In this document: positions 8,106-17,103 of the stretch, in pieces
Layout of the letters: each line of letters starts with the position of its first letter
How positions within the stretch are numbered: the first letter of the stretch is position 1
DNA from: a virus
Lineage: Duplodnaviria; Heunggongvirae; Uroviricota; Caudoviricetes
Virus record (IMG/VR): IMGVR_UViG_2974747673_000001
Span: 39,882-66,914 of that record
Direction: 5' to 3' (one strand)
DNA length: 27,033 nucleotides
Made by a program: the position numbers and the translations under genes
The notes under the pieces: model-generated
What the model was told of the DNA's origin: nothing
Seen by the model: only the letters and a program-made list of their open reading frames with translations
Databases searched by the model: none

Positions 8106-8134
8106 TTGCAATATTTTTTAATGTATGCTATAAT
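8106..8134 (+). promoter_or_regulatory. Divergent plus-strand sigma70 promoter into an ORF-less region
   Basis: TTGCAA-17-TGnTATAAT; the only clear plus-strand promoter seen. Confidence 0.7.
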
Positions 8135-8291
8135 GTTTTTAGTTAGATAGATAGCAACATATCTAACAAGGACTTTAGAAATTAAATAAGATAGAATATA
8201 GCAAGTTAGTTGCAACTTTTAAGACCTGCTATATAATATCACACATTTAAGATTTTAGAAATGTAGACCTCAAAAATCAAACTTTTAAAAA

Positions 8292-8435
8292 CCATTCAAT
8301 CTGTTCTAAAATTAAAATGTCTAAAAATAGAACAAAATGTACTAAAAACGAACTGTTCAGAAATAGCACATAATGTTCTAAAAGTAAACAGTTCAAAATT
8401 AGAACAGACTGTCTTAAATGCGAACACCTAGAAAC
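8292..8435. repeat. Degenerate 36-bp tandem array (about 4 units) of TAGNACA-N3-TGTWCTA palindromes, iteron-like
   Basis: Sites start at 8328, 8364 and 8400, with an in-phase half-site TGTTCTA at 8302-8308. Confidence 0.7.
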
Positions 8436-8727
8436 TGCCACAGGCGACCGACCACTCCCGTCCTCATATAGTTAGGAAAAAGCCCAGCGAGGTCGAGGCT
8501 CGAGAGGTCGTGAGGGTTGAGGCTAAATCTTAACTTTGGTCGAGATATTTACTAGGTAGATATACATATCTTATTTAATAAAATATTATTCATTCTTTTA
8601 TTTCCTATTGAATGTAATAGAATTTTTATTTTTCATTTTACAAGTCTAGGAATACACCTCCAAAAATAAAGTATTCCTAGCACTCCCTAATTAATAACTC
8701 TAATTACAGTAGAGTTTATTATATAAA

Positions 8728-8775
8728 TCACTTGACTTCTTTAACTGTCGAGTATCTAAAATTTCTTGTTTTCAT
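8728..8775 (-). CDS. Possible 15-aa peptide MKTRNFRYSTVKEVK
   Basis: Strong aaaggaggt RBS, but it lies downstream of the nrdG terminator with no clear promoter. Confidence 0.25.
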   Translation of the reverse strand: MKTRNFRYSTVKEVK

Positions 8776-8810
8776 TATTTTGAACCTCCTTTCAAAAATA
8801 AATGAATATG

Positions 8811-8842
8811 AAAAGGACACCTATTAATTAGATGTCCTTTTT
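8811..8842. terminator. Intrinsic terminator after nrdG
   Basis: aaaaggaca/tgtcctttt. Confidence 0.8.
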
Positions 8843-8845
8843 GTT

Positions 8846-9328
8846 TTAATCATTTAACATTTCTAATATTTCTTTATCTGTCTTTTGTACTCCATTACAA
8901 AATATTCTTTGATTGGTGCTACCTCTTAATAATATCTTTAAATTCCTATTCTCTACCTCAAATCTATCTGTGATTAAAAAGTCTATTATAGATATATCTA
9001 ACCACTGTTCAACTTCTTCTTTTGAATATCCTGTCCATACATAAACTATTTTATTTAATTCCTTAGAATACTTTACTAATTCTATTGTTTCTTGTCTATG
9101 TATATCTAGCATAGGTTCTCCACCAAGAAATGAAATATTATGGCATTTGGTACTAGAAATAAAGAATTTTAATTGTTCTAAATCATAGGGAGTACCACCA
9201 TTTATATCCCAAGTAGACTTATTATAACAACCTTTACAAGCGAATTTACAACCATTACAGTATATACTCAATGTAAAGCCTGTTAAACTATTAATGCTAT
9301 CATTATCTACAATACTAGCAATTCTCAT
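8846..9328 (-). CDS. nrdG: Anaerobic ribonucleoside-triphosphate reductase activating protein (radical SAM)
   Basis: CKFACKGC CxxxCxxC motif, TWD..GG, FLGGEP, VWTGY, LRGSTNQRI; size and position near nrdD fit. Confidence 0.95.
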   Translation of the reverse strand: MRIASIVDNDSINSLTGFTLSIYCNGCKFACKGCYNKSTWDINGGTPYDLEQLKFFISSTKCHNISFLGGEPMLDIHRQETIELVKYSKELNKIVYVWTGYSKEEVEQWLDISIIDFLITDRFEVENRNLKILLRGSTNQRIFCNGVQKTDKEILEMLND

Positions 9329-9383
9329 ATTATCATATCCTTTTCAGTTATTTCAAAATGTGAGTCTACTCACATAATATAGT

Positions 9384-9417
9384 AAAATAGTGTGATTTTA
9401 CTCACACTATTTCTTTT
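9384..9417. terminator. Terminator-like hairpin upstream of nrdG
   Basis: aaatagtgtga/tcacactattt; a second hairpin atgtgagt/actcacat is adjacent. Confidence 0.55.
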
Positions 9418-9576
9418 GTTATTTTTTTGTTTCTAACCATATTTTATATGCTTTACCACTATTAGTTTACTTTTCTTATTTCTATTTTTCAATTTCTGAA
9501 ATTTCAAATTTTGAAAATCTGAAAAAGGGAATAGGGGTAAAGGGTAATGGCACTCTACCTTTTAAGGTAAAGGGGG

Positions 9577-9801
9577 TTATTTCTTCTTAGGTAACCAACC
9601 TTTCATTCCAGCATAAAACATTATTAAAAAGAATATAAACCATAATCCTATCTCTATTAATAATATTGTTCCTATTCTATTTACAGTAAATATACCTAAT
9701 AAATTTAAGAACCATAAGATAAAAGTAATAGGTGTTATAATATTCAATACCCATACTCCTATAACAATTATAAACACGATTGCACTAATTATAATTTCCA
9801 A
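9577..9801 (-). CDS. Small membrane protein, 74 aa
   Basis: Two hydrophobic segments; coupled to the upstream ORF. Confidence 0.8.
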   Translation of the reverse strand: MEIIISAIVFIIVIGVWVLNIITPITFILWFLNLLGIFTVNRIGTILLIEIGLWFIFFLIMFYAGMKGWLPKKK

Positions 9802-10115
9802 AATACACCCACCTTTATAAAGTCTTGTAACTCTTCCACAGTTATTTGTTCTCTTGGTACATTATATTCTCTCATAACATAATTTATAAAAGGTTCTACA
9901 TTATATCTATACCAAAAGATTGTAGCCATAGGAACACCTTTAATCTTGTTATCAGCAAGAGTTTTAATTCTATCCTCAAATTCTTCTTTTGCTAATTCTT
10001 CTACAGTCTTTTGAGGTTTTGATTGTTCCTTTTTCTTATCTCTCTTACTTAAAATAACTCTTCCAGCTATCATAATTGCTATTAAAAACACCAATACTAA
10101 AATAAAAATTTGCAT
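9789..10115 (-). CDS. Membrane-anchored hypothetical protein, 108 aa
   Basis: N-terminal TM helix followed by a charged domain; aggaggt RBS. Confidence 0.85.
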   Translation of the reverse strand: MQIFILVLVFLIAIMIAGRVILSKRDKKKEQSKPQKTVEELAKEEFEDRIKTLADNKIKGVPMATIFWYRYNVEPFINYVMREYNVPREQITVEELQDFIKVGVFWKL

Positions 10116-10124
10116 AAATACCTC

Positions 10125-10586
10125 CTATATTTCTTTTCTAAAATGTCCATAAATACTTGTAGTAATAGTAAAATACTTTGTTAGTTCTTCTAAAGATATT
10201 TCATAAGACTTATGTTCAGCCCATTTATCTGTTGAAGATACCCAATAAGTAAATATTATCTTATCTGCTATACTAATACTTAACCCAGTAATATCTAATA
10301 CAGCATATAAATCCGTTGTTTTCATAACATCTTTAAACTCAATATTTATATTGTTTTCATAATTCACATAAATATTAGACACTCTTAAATACTCTCCATC
10401 TCTAAAAAGCATTTCTATTACTTCTAAAGTATTTTTGACATATTGTTCATTACATTTAGTAAAATCAAATTTATCTAATATTTTAAATAAATCTTTATGA
10501 TTTTTTCTACTCTTACTATGTATCTTAAAGTTAAAATGTCCACCTAACACATCATAAGTTTGTATGTTTGTTTTACTTATACTCAT
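10125..10586 (-). CDS. Hypothetical protein, 153 aa
   Basis: Translationally coupled ORF. Confidence 0.85.
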   Translation of the reverse strand: MSISKTNIQTYDVLGGHFNFKIHSKSRKNHKDLFKILDKFDFTKCNEQYVKNTLEVIEMLFRDGEYLRVSNIYVNYENNINIEFKDVMKTTDLYAVLDITGLSISIADKIIFTYWVSSTDKWAEHKSYEISLEELTKYFTITTSIYGHFRKEI

Positions 10587-11074
10587 TATATTAACCCCTT
10601 TTCTCTTAACTTTACTACTGTATGTTTATCTATATTAGAACATTTCATTATTTGATTAATAGTAGTTTTAAGTATATATTTATTATAACTAGACATAACT
10701 ACTAACTCTACTGTATCATCAAAATCTGAAATTCTAATTTCTGAAAGAGATAGATAGGGTAATACATTTGTATTTTCAGTAAAAAAATACATACTAAATC
10801 TCTCATCTTTGAAATATTGCCAATGAATTGGAATTAATAAATTGCTATGAAACATCTTTTGTAATATTTTACAAAGATTTTTACCACAATTATCTGACAT
10901 ATTTACTACTTCTTCATTCACTATTTGGTCTACAATGTTATAATATTCTTTTTTCTCTGTTGTCAACCAAAAATGAAAGTTTACATTATCGTGATAATTA
11001 ATTCTAACATCTGCATTAACAATTTCTCCAAAAATATTCTTATTTGTTTCACTGTTATTTTTAATCTTAACCAT
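10586..11074 (-). CDS. Hypothetical protein, 162 aa
   Basis: gggag RBS; first gene after promoter 11218-11246. Confidence 0.85.
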   Translation of the reverse strand: MVKIKNNSETNKNIFGEIVNADVRINYHDNVNFHFWLTTEKKEYYNIVDQIVNEEVVNMSDNCGKNLCKILQKMFHSNLLIPIHWQYFKDERFSMYFFTENTNVLPYLSLSEIRISDFDDTVELVVMSSYNKYILKTTINQIMKCSNIDKHTVVKLREKGLI

Positions 11075-11105
11075 AAAATCATCTCCCTATAATATTTATT
11101 TTGAC

Positions 11106-11197
11106 CTTATGAGATAGCCTTAAAAACGATTTTAAAAGATTAGACGACTAATTATATACCTAACCTTTTTAGAATGTCTTAAAAAGCCTCTCATAAG
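11106..11197. other. Imperfect hairpin element, TATA-core family (copy 6)
   Basis: cttatgaga/tctcataag outer stem, aaaagattag/ctaacctttt inner stem, centre aattatatacc. Confidence 0.8.
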
Positions 11198-11217
11198 TTC
11201 ATTTATTTTATACACAT

Positions 11218-11246
11218 ATTATAGCATTAATTTTATAGTTTGTCAA
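11218..11246 (-). promoter_or_regulatory. sigma70 promoter, extended -10
   Basis: TTGACA-17-TGnTATAAT. Confidence 0.85.
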
Positions 11247-11255
11247 GAGAAAATT

Positions 11256-12587
11256 TTATTTTAAAGGTTTTATGTGTTTTACTCTCTTATCCATTTCTTT
11301 AATTCTACCCCTAACAGCTTTTGTGATATTATACTTAGCCAAGTATCCACAGCATCTAAGTGTAATATCCAATTTTAGAGGGTTTGAGTTATTACAATTT
11401 GGACACACATAAGTATTTTTCTCATTATCATAAGGAATATCTCCTACATAACCACATTCAAAACACTTATTGCTAACTGTATTAACTCCAAAATATTCTA
11501 TACCACATTCATAAGCCCATCTCATTAGCTCTATTGCAACTTGCCAATTTTCTAACTTACCTGAGTTTTCTACATAAGTAATATTTCCACCATTAGAGTA
11601 TTTATGGAAATTAGCTTCTGCTTTTATTTTATCAAAGGCATCAATAGGTTGTTCTGATGGGTAGTGAAAACTATTAGTATAATATCCTCTATCTTTTAAC
11701 CATTGAGGTATTATATCTCCATAATTTTCTACATCTGTTACAAAATATGTATATATTGAACTTTCAGCAGGAGTGCCATATACTGATACAGGAAGTCCTG
11801 TATTTTCTTTTATTTTATTTGCTTCTTCACTTATAGTTTTTATTAATTGTAAACCTAAGTCTAATCCTACCTCATCATTTATACTATGTTGTCTGTCTGT
11901 ACATACTTCTAGTACATCTCCAATTCCAATATAGCCATAACTGATAGATGATTGAGTTGATTTAAGGAAAGGCTCTATGCTATCCTCTGCTTTTAGCCTA
12001 GCAATTCCACCTGCCATAAATAATATAGGTACATTTTTAGGTTTTAATTTCTTTACTTGATTATATCTCCATTCCATAGATTTTTGCATTAATGGAGTAT
12101 AACTTTTTATCTTATCTTTGACTTTATCTATTCTTTCTTGATAAGATAATTTATTCCAATTTGATGTTTCTCTTATACAACTCCACAATAGATTAGGTAT
12201 TGAGAGTGTTTGCACTCCAAAATTAAATCTACCTTCTTGTTGATATTCTCCTTTTTCATTTTTGAAATCGTGATTTACTCTACTTCTGCATCCCATTCTA
12301 CTATAATATCTTCCATTGTCGTAGTCTTGTTTACTTATTGCTAAAATGTCGGGATAAACACAGGTCATTTGTGTCTTTGCGACCTCTTTTGTTATATAAA
12401 AATATGGGTCTGTATCTCTTAAATTATACCCATCAACTAGGAAATAGCTAATTTTTGGGAAGATTGTTGTCTTGCTACCTGCTTCCTTTCCTAGCCCTCT
12501 TTGTCTTACTTTTAAATATTGTAAAATTAATTCTTCACTTTCCCAAGATGTAGGAACACCAAAGGAAATGGTAGAAAATGGTGTTTG
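11256..12587 (-). CDS. nrdD: Class III ribonucleotide reductase NrdD, exon 2
   Basis: QTPF, MGCRS active-site Cys, two CxxC zinc pairs, glycyl-radical motif RCCGY. Confidence 0.95.
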   Translation of the reverse strand, partial: QTPFSTISFGVPTSWESEELILQYLKVRQRGLGKEAGSKTTIFPKISYFLVDGYNLRDTDPYFYITKEVAKTQMTCVYPDILAISKQDYDNGRYYSRMGCRSRVNHDFKNEKGEYQQEGRFNFGVQTLSIPNLLWSCIRETSNWNKLSYQERIDKVKDKIKSYTPLMQKSMEWRYNQVKKLKPKNVPILFMAGGIARLKAEDSIEPFLKSTQSSISYGYIGIGDVLEVCTDRQHSINDEVGLDLGLQLIKTISEEANKIKENTGLPVSVYGTPAESSIYTYFVTDVENYGDIIPQWLKDRGYYTNSFHYPSEQPIDAFDKIKAEANFHKYSNGGNITYVENSGKLENWQVAIELMRWAYECGIEYFGVNTVSNKCFECGYVGDIPYDNEKNTYVCPNCNNSNPLKLDITLRCCGYLAKYNITKAVRGRIKEMDKRVKHIKPLK

Positions 12588-14026
12588 CATAACCCTCTAA
12601 GTTTCCTTAGAGGTCTGACTATATATTCATCCTTATAGAAATATAAGGAGTATAGTTATTCAATTTAAAGGGTTTTCTCCTACTTAATATTTCAATTAAG
12701 CCTTACTCCTGATGACAAATTATTTATAGTTGCTTGTCCAAAGGGATAGTCGATGCACCTTTTATACTCTAATAAATTCGGCACAGTATTACCTGCTATC
12801 TATATTCCAAGACCGTAGGCTCTCTTAGTCAGCGTATTCGTCTGCTTTTAAAAAGCTCAAAAATTGGTTATCGTCGAACCAAAGTCTTATCTAACTGATA
12901 CTGTTAGTTTTAAAATATTCATAACAGTTCAAATTTTAAATGAGGAGCATATCTAAATTCACTATGTCTACTTAAATGCCTACTAATAGTTACTTTTGTA
13001 ATTGCTCTGTAACCTAAATTAGTATAATATCTTGCACATTGAGTTATGGATTCAAAAATATTACCATCAAATAGACATTTTATTTTCTTATTACAAGTTT
13101 CTTTAGTTTTTTGCCATCTATCTATTTTTACATCTTTTATTTTTAACCAACTCTCATAATCTATTTTAAATATAAATTTTAAATTACTACCTCTAGTCAA
13201 ATCAAAAGCGACTGTATGTAAATTTTTATGATGTCCTAAACATTGTCCTCTTATACTTTGATGAGAAAGATTATAGGCTTTTCCACATTCCTGATAACTT
13301 TTATATTCTTTCATATCATTTAAACATAAAATTGTTTTATCTTTTATTTCTCTTGATTTTAGAATTTGTTGTATTTTCGGAGAATTTATATAATTTGGGT
13401 CATCTGCTTTAGTCAAAATAGGTTTATCATTTTCATCTACAAATCTAAATTTATGAGGTTCATCTATATCTATTAAGCCTTTACATTGTCTATAAATTTT
13501 ATCATCTTTTAAACCTAGTAATGTAATAGCTTGTGTGCCACTTTCATATATAATACCTGTAGTTAAATCTATAATTCTTTTACTGGCATTACTTTGACCC
13601 CACTTCTTACCATACATATGATTTTTCTTACCTATTTGTGCTTTTCCTATTTTATGTTTAACTAAATCAGTACAATAGGCATTGCTTCCTCCACCTTTTA
13701 AATTATATCCTATTTTTAAATCAGTAGAATTATAAAATTCTATCCAATAAGTTTCTCTTTCATTTAATAAATCTATATTATCTACTGTTTCTAAAATTTC
13801 CCAATCAAAACCTTCTTCTCCATATTTCCTAAAAGCCTTATCAAAAATAGACTTACCCCATTTTCTATGTCTATTTCTTTCTTTTAAAGTATGAACTGTC
13901 TGTCCTATATAAATTTTACCATTTTTCTTATTGGTAGCTTTATATATTATCATTTTTTAACACCCTCTTTTAAGGTTTTCTATATTTTTAAATATATCTT
14001 ACGATATAAGTGAGCCAAACATCTCA
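12588..14026 (-). mobile_element. Group I self-splicing intron (1439 nt) in nrdD
   Basis: Internal guide UGUUUGGCUC (14021-14012) pairs with 5' exon GAGU (U.G wobble) and 3' exon CAAACA; P7 GACUA/UAGUC; GNRA-capped P2 and P9 hairpins; terminal G at 12588; in-frame rejoin SCQS/QTPF. Confidence 0.92.
12919..13953 (-). CDS. Intron-encoded GIY-YIG homing endonuclease with NUMOD3-like and three HTH-type repeats
   Basis: IIYKATNKKNGKIYIGQT N-terminus, E..WI..YNS..GYN motif, NHMYGK segment, repeated I.C/D.....Y/FES modules. Confidence 0.92.
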   Translation of the reverse strand: MIIYKATNKKNGKIYIGQTVHTLKERNRHRKWGKSIFDKAFRKYGEEGFDWEILETVDNIDLLNERETYWIEFYNSTDLKIGYNLKGGGSNAYCTDLVKHKIGKAQIGKKNHMYGKKWGQSNASKRIIDLTTGIIYESGTQAITLLGLKDDKIYRQCKGLIDIDEPHKFRFVDENDKPILTKADDPNYINSPKIQQILKSREIKDKTILCLNDMKEYKSYQECGKAYNLSHQSIRGQCLGHHKNLHTVAFDLTRGSNLKFIFKIDYESWLKIKDVKIDRWQKTKETCNKKIKCLFDGNIFESITQCARYYTNLGYRAITKVTISRHLSRHSEFRYAPHLKFELL

Positions 14027-14932
14027 ACTCTGACAACTAATACTATTTATCTGATACTCAAATATTTGACAAGCATCATATATATCTTTTCTTGTCTTAT
14101 TCTTAGCTTCTGTAAATTCTCTTTCATATATTTTTTCTAATTCTTTATTTCCACTATCTATTCTACCTATGCTATCTTCTAGTTCTAATATAGTTTCATC
14201 TAAACTAGCAGTAGATATGTTATGTAATAATCTATATACATCTATAAAATTCTTTCTAAAATTCTTTTTAGCAAAGAAAGATAAGGTTTCATTGATATTA
14301 TGGCTTGATATCCCACCAAATTCTTGATTAGCCGTAGACAAAAATATTTGACTTACAATATTAAAAGCAGTCTGTACACTATTAGGTTGATTTATGACTG
14401 CATTAGTTATCCAAGTTCCATTCATTAACATATCTTTAATATTTAAAATACAGCAATTTGTGAGCTTTTCCCATTGGTCAAAATCGTGTTGATAAATAGC
14501 TTTCTTTCTATGTGCTTCTAATAAGTCTTTAGGTAGCATTTTCTCTCTTCTCTTTCTAAAATACTCTCCTGCTATTAAATCTCTTTTAACATTAGCTACA
14601 TCAGTTTTCTTATTAGAGTTTTCATCATCTCCATAATCTAAGAATCTTTCAATTTCTTTATCTAACTTCTGTTCTCTCAATACAGTTCTCCTAGTTCTAT
14701 ATCTCTCAAACTCTCTCGCAGTGATTACGAGGTTATTTTTAACTAAGATAATAAATACTAGGTCTTGTATCTGCTCCACTGTCATACCCTCTTTAATCGC
14801 TTTACAAACGATTTGAGATAATTCCTTAGCATTACCTTGTTCTTTTGTTTCAGATAAGGCTTTACTAATTACCTTTTCAATCTTTTCAGGATTAAATTCC
14901 TGTAATTCTCCGTTTCTTTTAACTATTTGCAT
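14027..14932 (-). CDS. nrdD: Class III ribonucleotide reductase NrdD, exon 1 (ATP cone and N-terminal region)
   Basis: VKRNG..QEFNPEKI ATP cone, HDFD, NCC, FGGIS, YQIN; spliced product about 745 aa. Confidence 0.95.
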
Positions 14933-15179
14933 TTTGTTCTCCTTTTGTTAATATAATATATCTAACAATATTGATATTATTGTCTAATTCATCTTTATTA
15001 AATGTATCTGTTTGCCATAAAGATAAATAACATTCAATATCAGGTACTAGATGTCTTTTACCTATTATTGTTAAGTTTTCTTTCATTTGTGGTTGTTCTA
15101 CTGTATATATTGCTATTTCATACATATTATCCTCCTTAGATAACAAAAGAGTGTCAAAAGTAGACACTCTGTATATCAT
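14919..15179 (-). CDS. Hypothetical protein, 86 aa
   Basis: Operon context; overlaps the nrdD start. Confidence 0.75.
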   Translation of the reverse strand: MIYRVSTFDTLLLSKEDNMYEIAIYTVEQPQMKENLTIIGKRHLVPDIECYLSLWQTDTFNKDELDNNINIVRYIILTKGEQNANS

Positions 15180-15182
15180 ATA

Positions 15183-15506
15183 TTACTTCTTTTTTACTCT
15201 TTTACCATATAATTTATTAATATTAGTTATTAATTCTATATATCTTTTAGATTGTCTTTCTTCATCTGTTAATACATATCTATCCTCTATTTTCTTTTGG
15301 TTAAGATTATAGAAAGTTATTAGTAAATGTGTCTTAGATACTACCAATAACTTTCCATTCATTAATAAAAAATGATATACATTCTTAGTAGGTTCAAGAT
15401 ACACCTTATATATAGGTGCATAATACAATGCTCTATATTTTCTTTTCCTAGAATGTTTACTATTTAACAGAATGAAGTTTAAATCCAATCCTTGTACTTC
15501 TGTCAT
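15183..15506 (-). CDS. Hypothetical protein, 107 aa, with an intein/Hint block-B-like segment
   Basis: KNVYHFLLMNGKLLVVSKTHLLIT. Confidence 0.8.
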   Translation of the reverse strand: MTEVQGLDLNFILLNSKHSRKRKYRALYYAPIYKVYLEPTKNVYHFLLMNGKLLVVSKTHLLITFYNLNQKKIEDRYVLTDEERQSKRYIELITNINKLYGKRVKKK

Positions 15507-15970
15507 ATTCTCTTTTTAGTGGTCTTTTTTAACTCTTTATAAGGTATATTTACTTTGTCCTTATAAGGTTCAAAAGACTTCATATTCTTAACTAATATTA
15601 ATGGGTTATTATTAAAGTCTACAACCTCAAAAGCAAAATCTTTAAATGTATAATAAGCTAATGTAGGTTTATCATCTACTACTTGTAATATATTCTGTTT
15701 ATTAATTATTAATTCTTTTGGTTTATAGGTAGCAGATATAGATGTATGTTGTGTATCATCATACATAACTACATCTATTGATTGTAGTCTACCTTTAATA
15801 ATCTCCTCTTTCTTTATATTGGTATTTTTTGTTTGGTGGTCTGTAATTAAATACTGTTTGTAAATCTTAATAGATTTTAATTCCTCTCCTTTTGTGTGTA
15901 TAATACATTGTTGTTTAGATATTCTTAATCTCCCTCTATTAAAATTTAAGAATATTGTTGTTTCTAACAT
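15503..15970 (-). CDS. Hypothetical protein, 155 aa
   Basis: aaggag RBS. Confidence 0.85.
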   Translation of the reverse strand: MLETTIFLNFNRGRLRISKQQCIIHTKGEELKSIKIYKQYLITDHQTKNTNIKKEEIIKGRLQSIDVVMYDDTQHTSISATYKPKELIINKQNILQVVDDKPTLAYYTFKDFAFEVVDFNNNPLILVKNMKSFEPYKDKVNIPYKELKKTTKKRI

Positions 15971-15983
15971 AAAATCATCTCCT

Positions 15984-16142
15984 TTAATCTTCTTTATAAG
16001 TTATAAAAGCTATATAAATAACTTTATTATATATTACTTCAGTTTTAAATGTTATAGAAATTATTGTTTTATCTTCTATAAATTTATTAATTTCATATTC
16101 TAGTAATTCTCTACTAGAATCTTTAAATATTGTTACTTGCAT
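15984..16142 (-). CDS. 52-aa protein resembling Cse60/DUF2758-type small phage proteins (not in ORF track)
   Basis: ggag RBS; MQVTIFKDSSRELLEYEINKFIEDK...YIAFITYKED fills the gap between ORFs; family call is from recalled pattern only. Confidence 0.7.
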   Translation of the reverse strand: MQVTIFKDSSRELLEYEINKFIEDKTIISITFKTEVIYNKVIYIAFITYKED

Positions 16143-16575
16143 AGTATTTCTCCTTAACTAAGTGTAAAAAGTTTATATCTTCTTTTAATTCATTTACATC
16201 TATTTCTATTTTGTTATTTTTAGATAATAAAACATAAATTGTATTTTCTAAAAAAGCAATAGAGTTATGATATATAATATTATCTACTTTGGTCTGTACA
16301 CTTAATTCTATCTCAAGTTTTTTATCTAATAATTTTCTTTCATTTTTAGATTTAAAATTTATCTGAATATTTTGTTTATGTAATAACTCTAAAGTTCTTA
16401 AAAAGGTTTGCATTGTAGTTTGAGAAATATTATTTACATATATCTCTTGATTTTTCCAATCTTTAAAATCTAATATTTGTAATAATCTATTACATCTCAT
16501 GAGGTCAATATTAAATTTATAAATATGTTCTCCACACTTTATTGATATATTTGTATCTAGTTTTAACATTTTCAT
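16123..16575 (-). CDS. Hypothetical protein, 150 aa
   Basis: aaggag RBS. Confidence 0.85.
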   Translation of the reverse strand: MKMLKLDTNISIKCGEHIYKFNIDLMRCNRLLQILDFKDWKNQEIYVNNISQTTMQTFLRTLELLHKQNIQINFKSKNERKLLDKKLEIELSVQTKVDNIIYHNSIAFLENTIYVLLSKNNKIEIDVNELKEDINFLHLVKEKYYASNNI

Positions 16576-16603
16576 TTTATCTCCTTTTTACATTTAATAG
16601 TCA

Positions 16604-16843
16604 TTAATCCCTTCTCCATAGCCTAGTAAAATAAATATGTACTAATTCATCTTTAGTAATATTATACTTAAATTGTATATAATAATTTGAATCTTGGGAT
16701 ATGATAACATTATCTCCCTCTTCATCTACTGTTATTTCAATAGGATAATCACATAATTCTTGAATATCATTACTTAAACATATAGAATCAAAATAACTAT
16801 CTTGTATTTCATATATTAAATTTACCCAATCTTCTCTATTCAT
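16604..16843 (-). CDS. Hypothetical protein, 79 aa, tandem paralogue
   Basis: DWV.L...I.D.YFD.....DI..LC.YPIE shared with 16852-17097. Confidence 0.85.
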   Translation of the reverse strand: MNREDWVNLIYEIQDSYFDSICLSNDIQELCDYPIEITVDEEGDNVIISQDSNYYIQFKYNITKDELVHIYFTRLWRRD

Positions 16844-16851
16844 TTTTCCAC

Positions 16852-17097
16852 CTACTTTCTATGTAAAGAAACTTTATCTATATAATATAACTGTTGTATT
16901 CCATCATCTTTCATAGAACCTACAAAACTTAAATAATGGTCAGAATTTTTACAAGTTATTGTAAATTCCAAATAGTCTTTTGTATTAAACTCTATTGGAT
17001 ATTTACATAATTGTTTAATATCATATTTCCAACTAGAATAATCAAAATAATTATCTTTTATTTGTTGTTTTAATTTTACCCAATCAGATTTAAACAT
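16852..17097 (-). CDS. Hypothetical protein, 81 aa, tandem paralogue
   Basis: Shares the DWV.L...YFD...LC.YPIE pattern with 16604-16843. Confidence 0.85.
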   Translation of the reverse strand: MFKSDWVKLKQQIKDNYFDYSSWKYDIKQLCKYPIEFNTKDYLEFTITCKNSDHYLSFVGSMKDDGIQQLYYIDKVSLHRK

Positions 17098-17103
17098 ATT
17101 AAA

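Noticed and set aside
8292-8435. 36-bp periodicity as a CRISPR array
   Set aside because: Units are contiguous and degenerate, with no unique spacers between identical repeats.
9368-9384. Possible NrdR box upstream of nrdG
   Set aside because: About four mismatches to the consensus, a single copy, and AT-rich background.
12860-12885. GGTTCGA T-loop-like motif suggesting a tRNA
   Set aside because: Lies within a hairpin of the group I intron; no cloverleaf. No tRNA was recognised anywhere in the window.
11256-14932. nrdD as a broken pseudogene or two separate genes
   Set aside because: Group I intron core and guide pairing explain the split; splicing restores the frame and all catalytic motifs are intact.
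10125-16575. 10125-10586, 10586-11074 and 16123-16575 as a paralogue family
   Set aside because: Only faint similarity of short segments; not supportable by eye.
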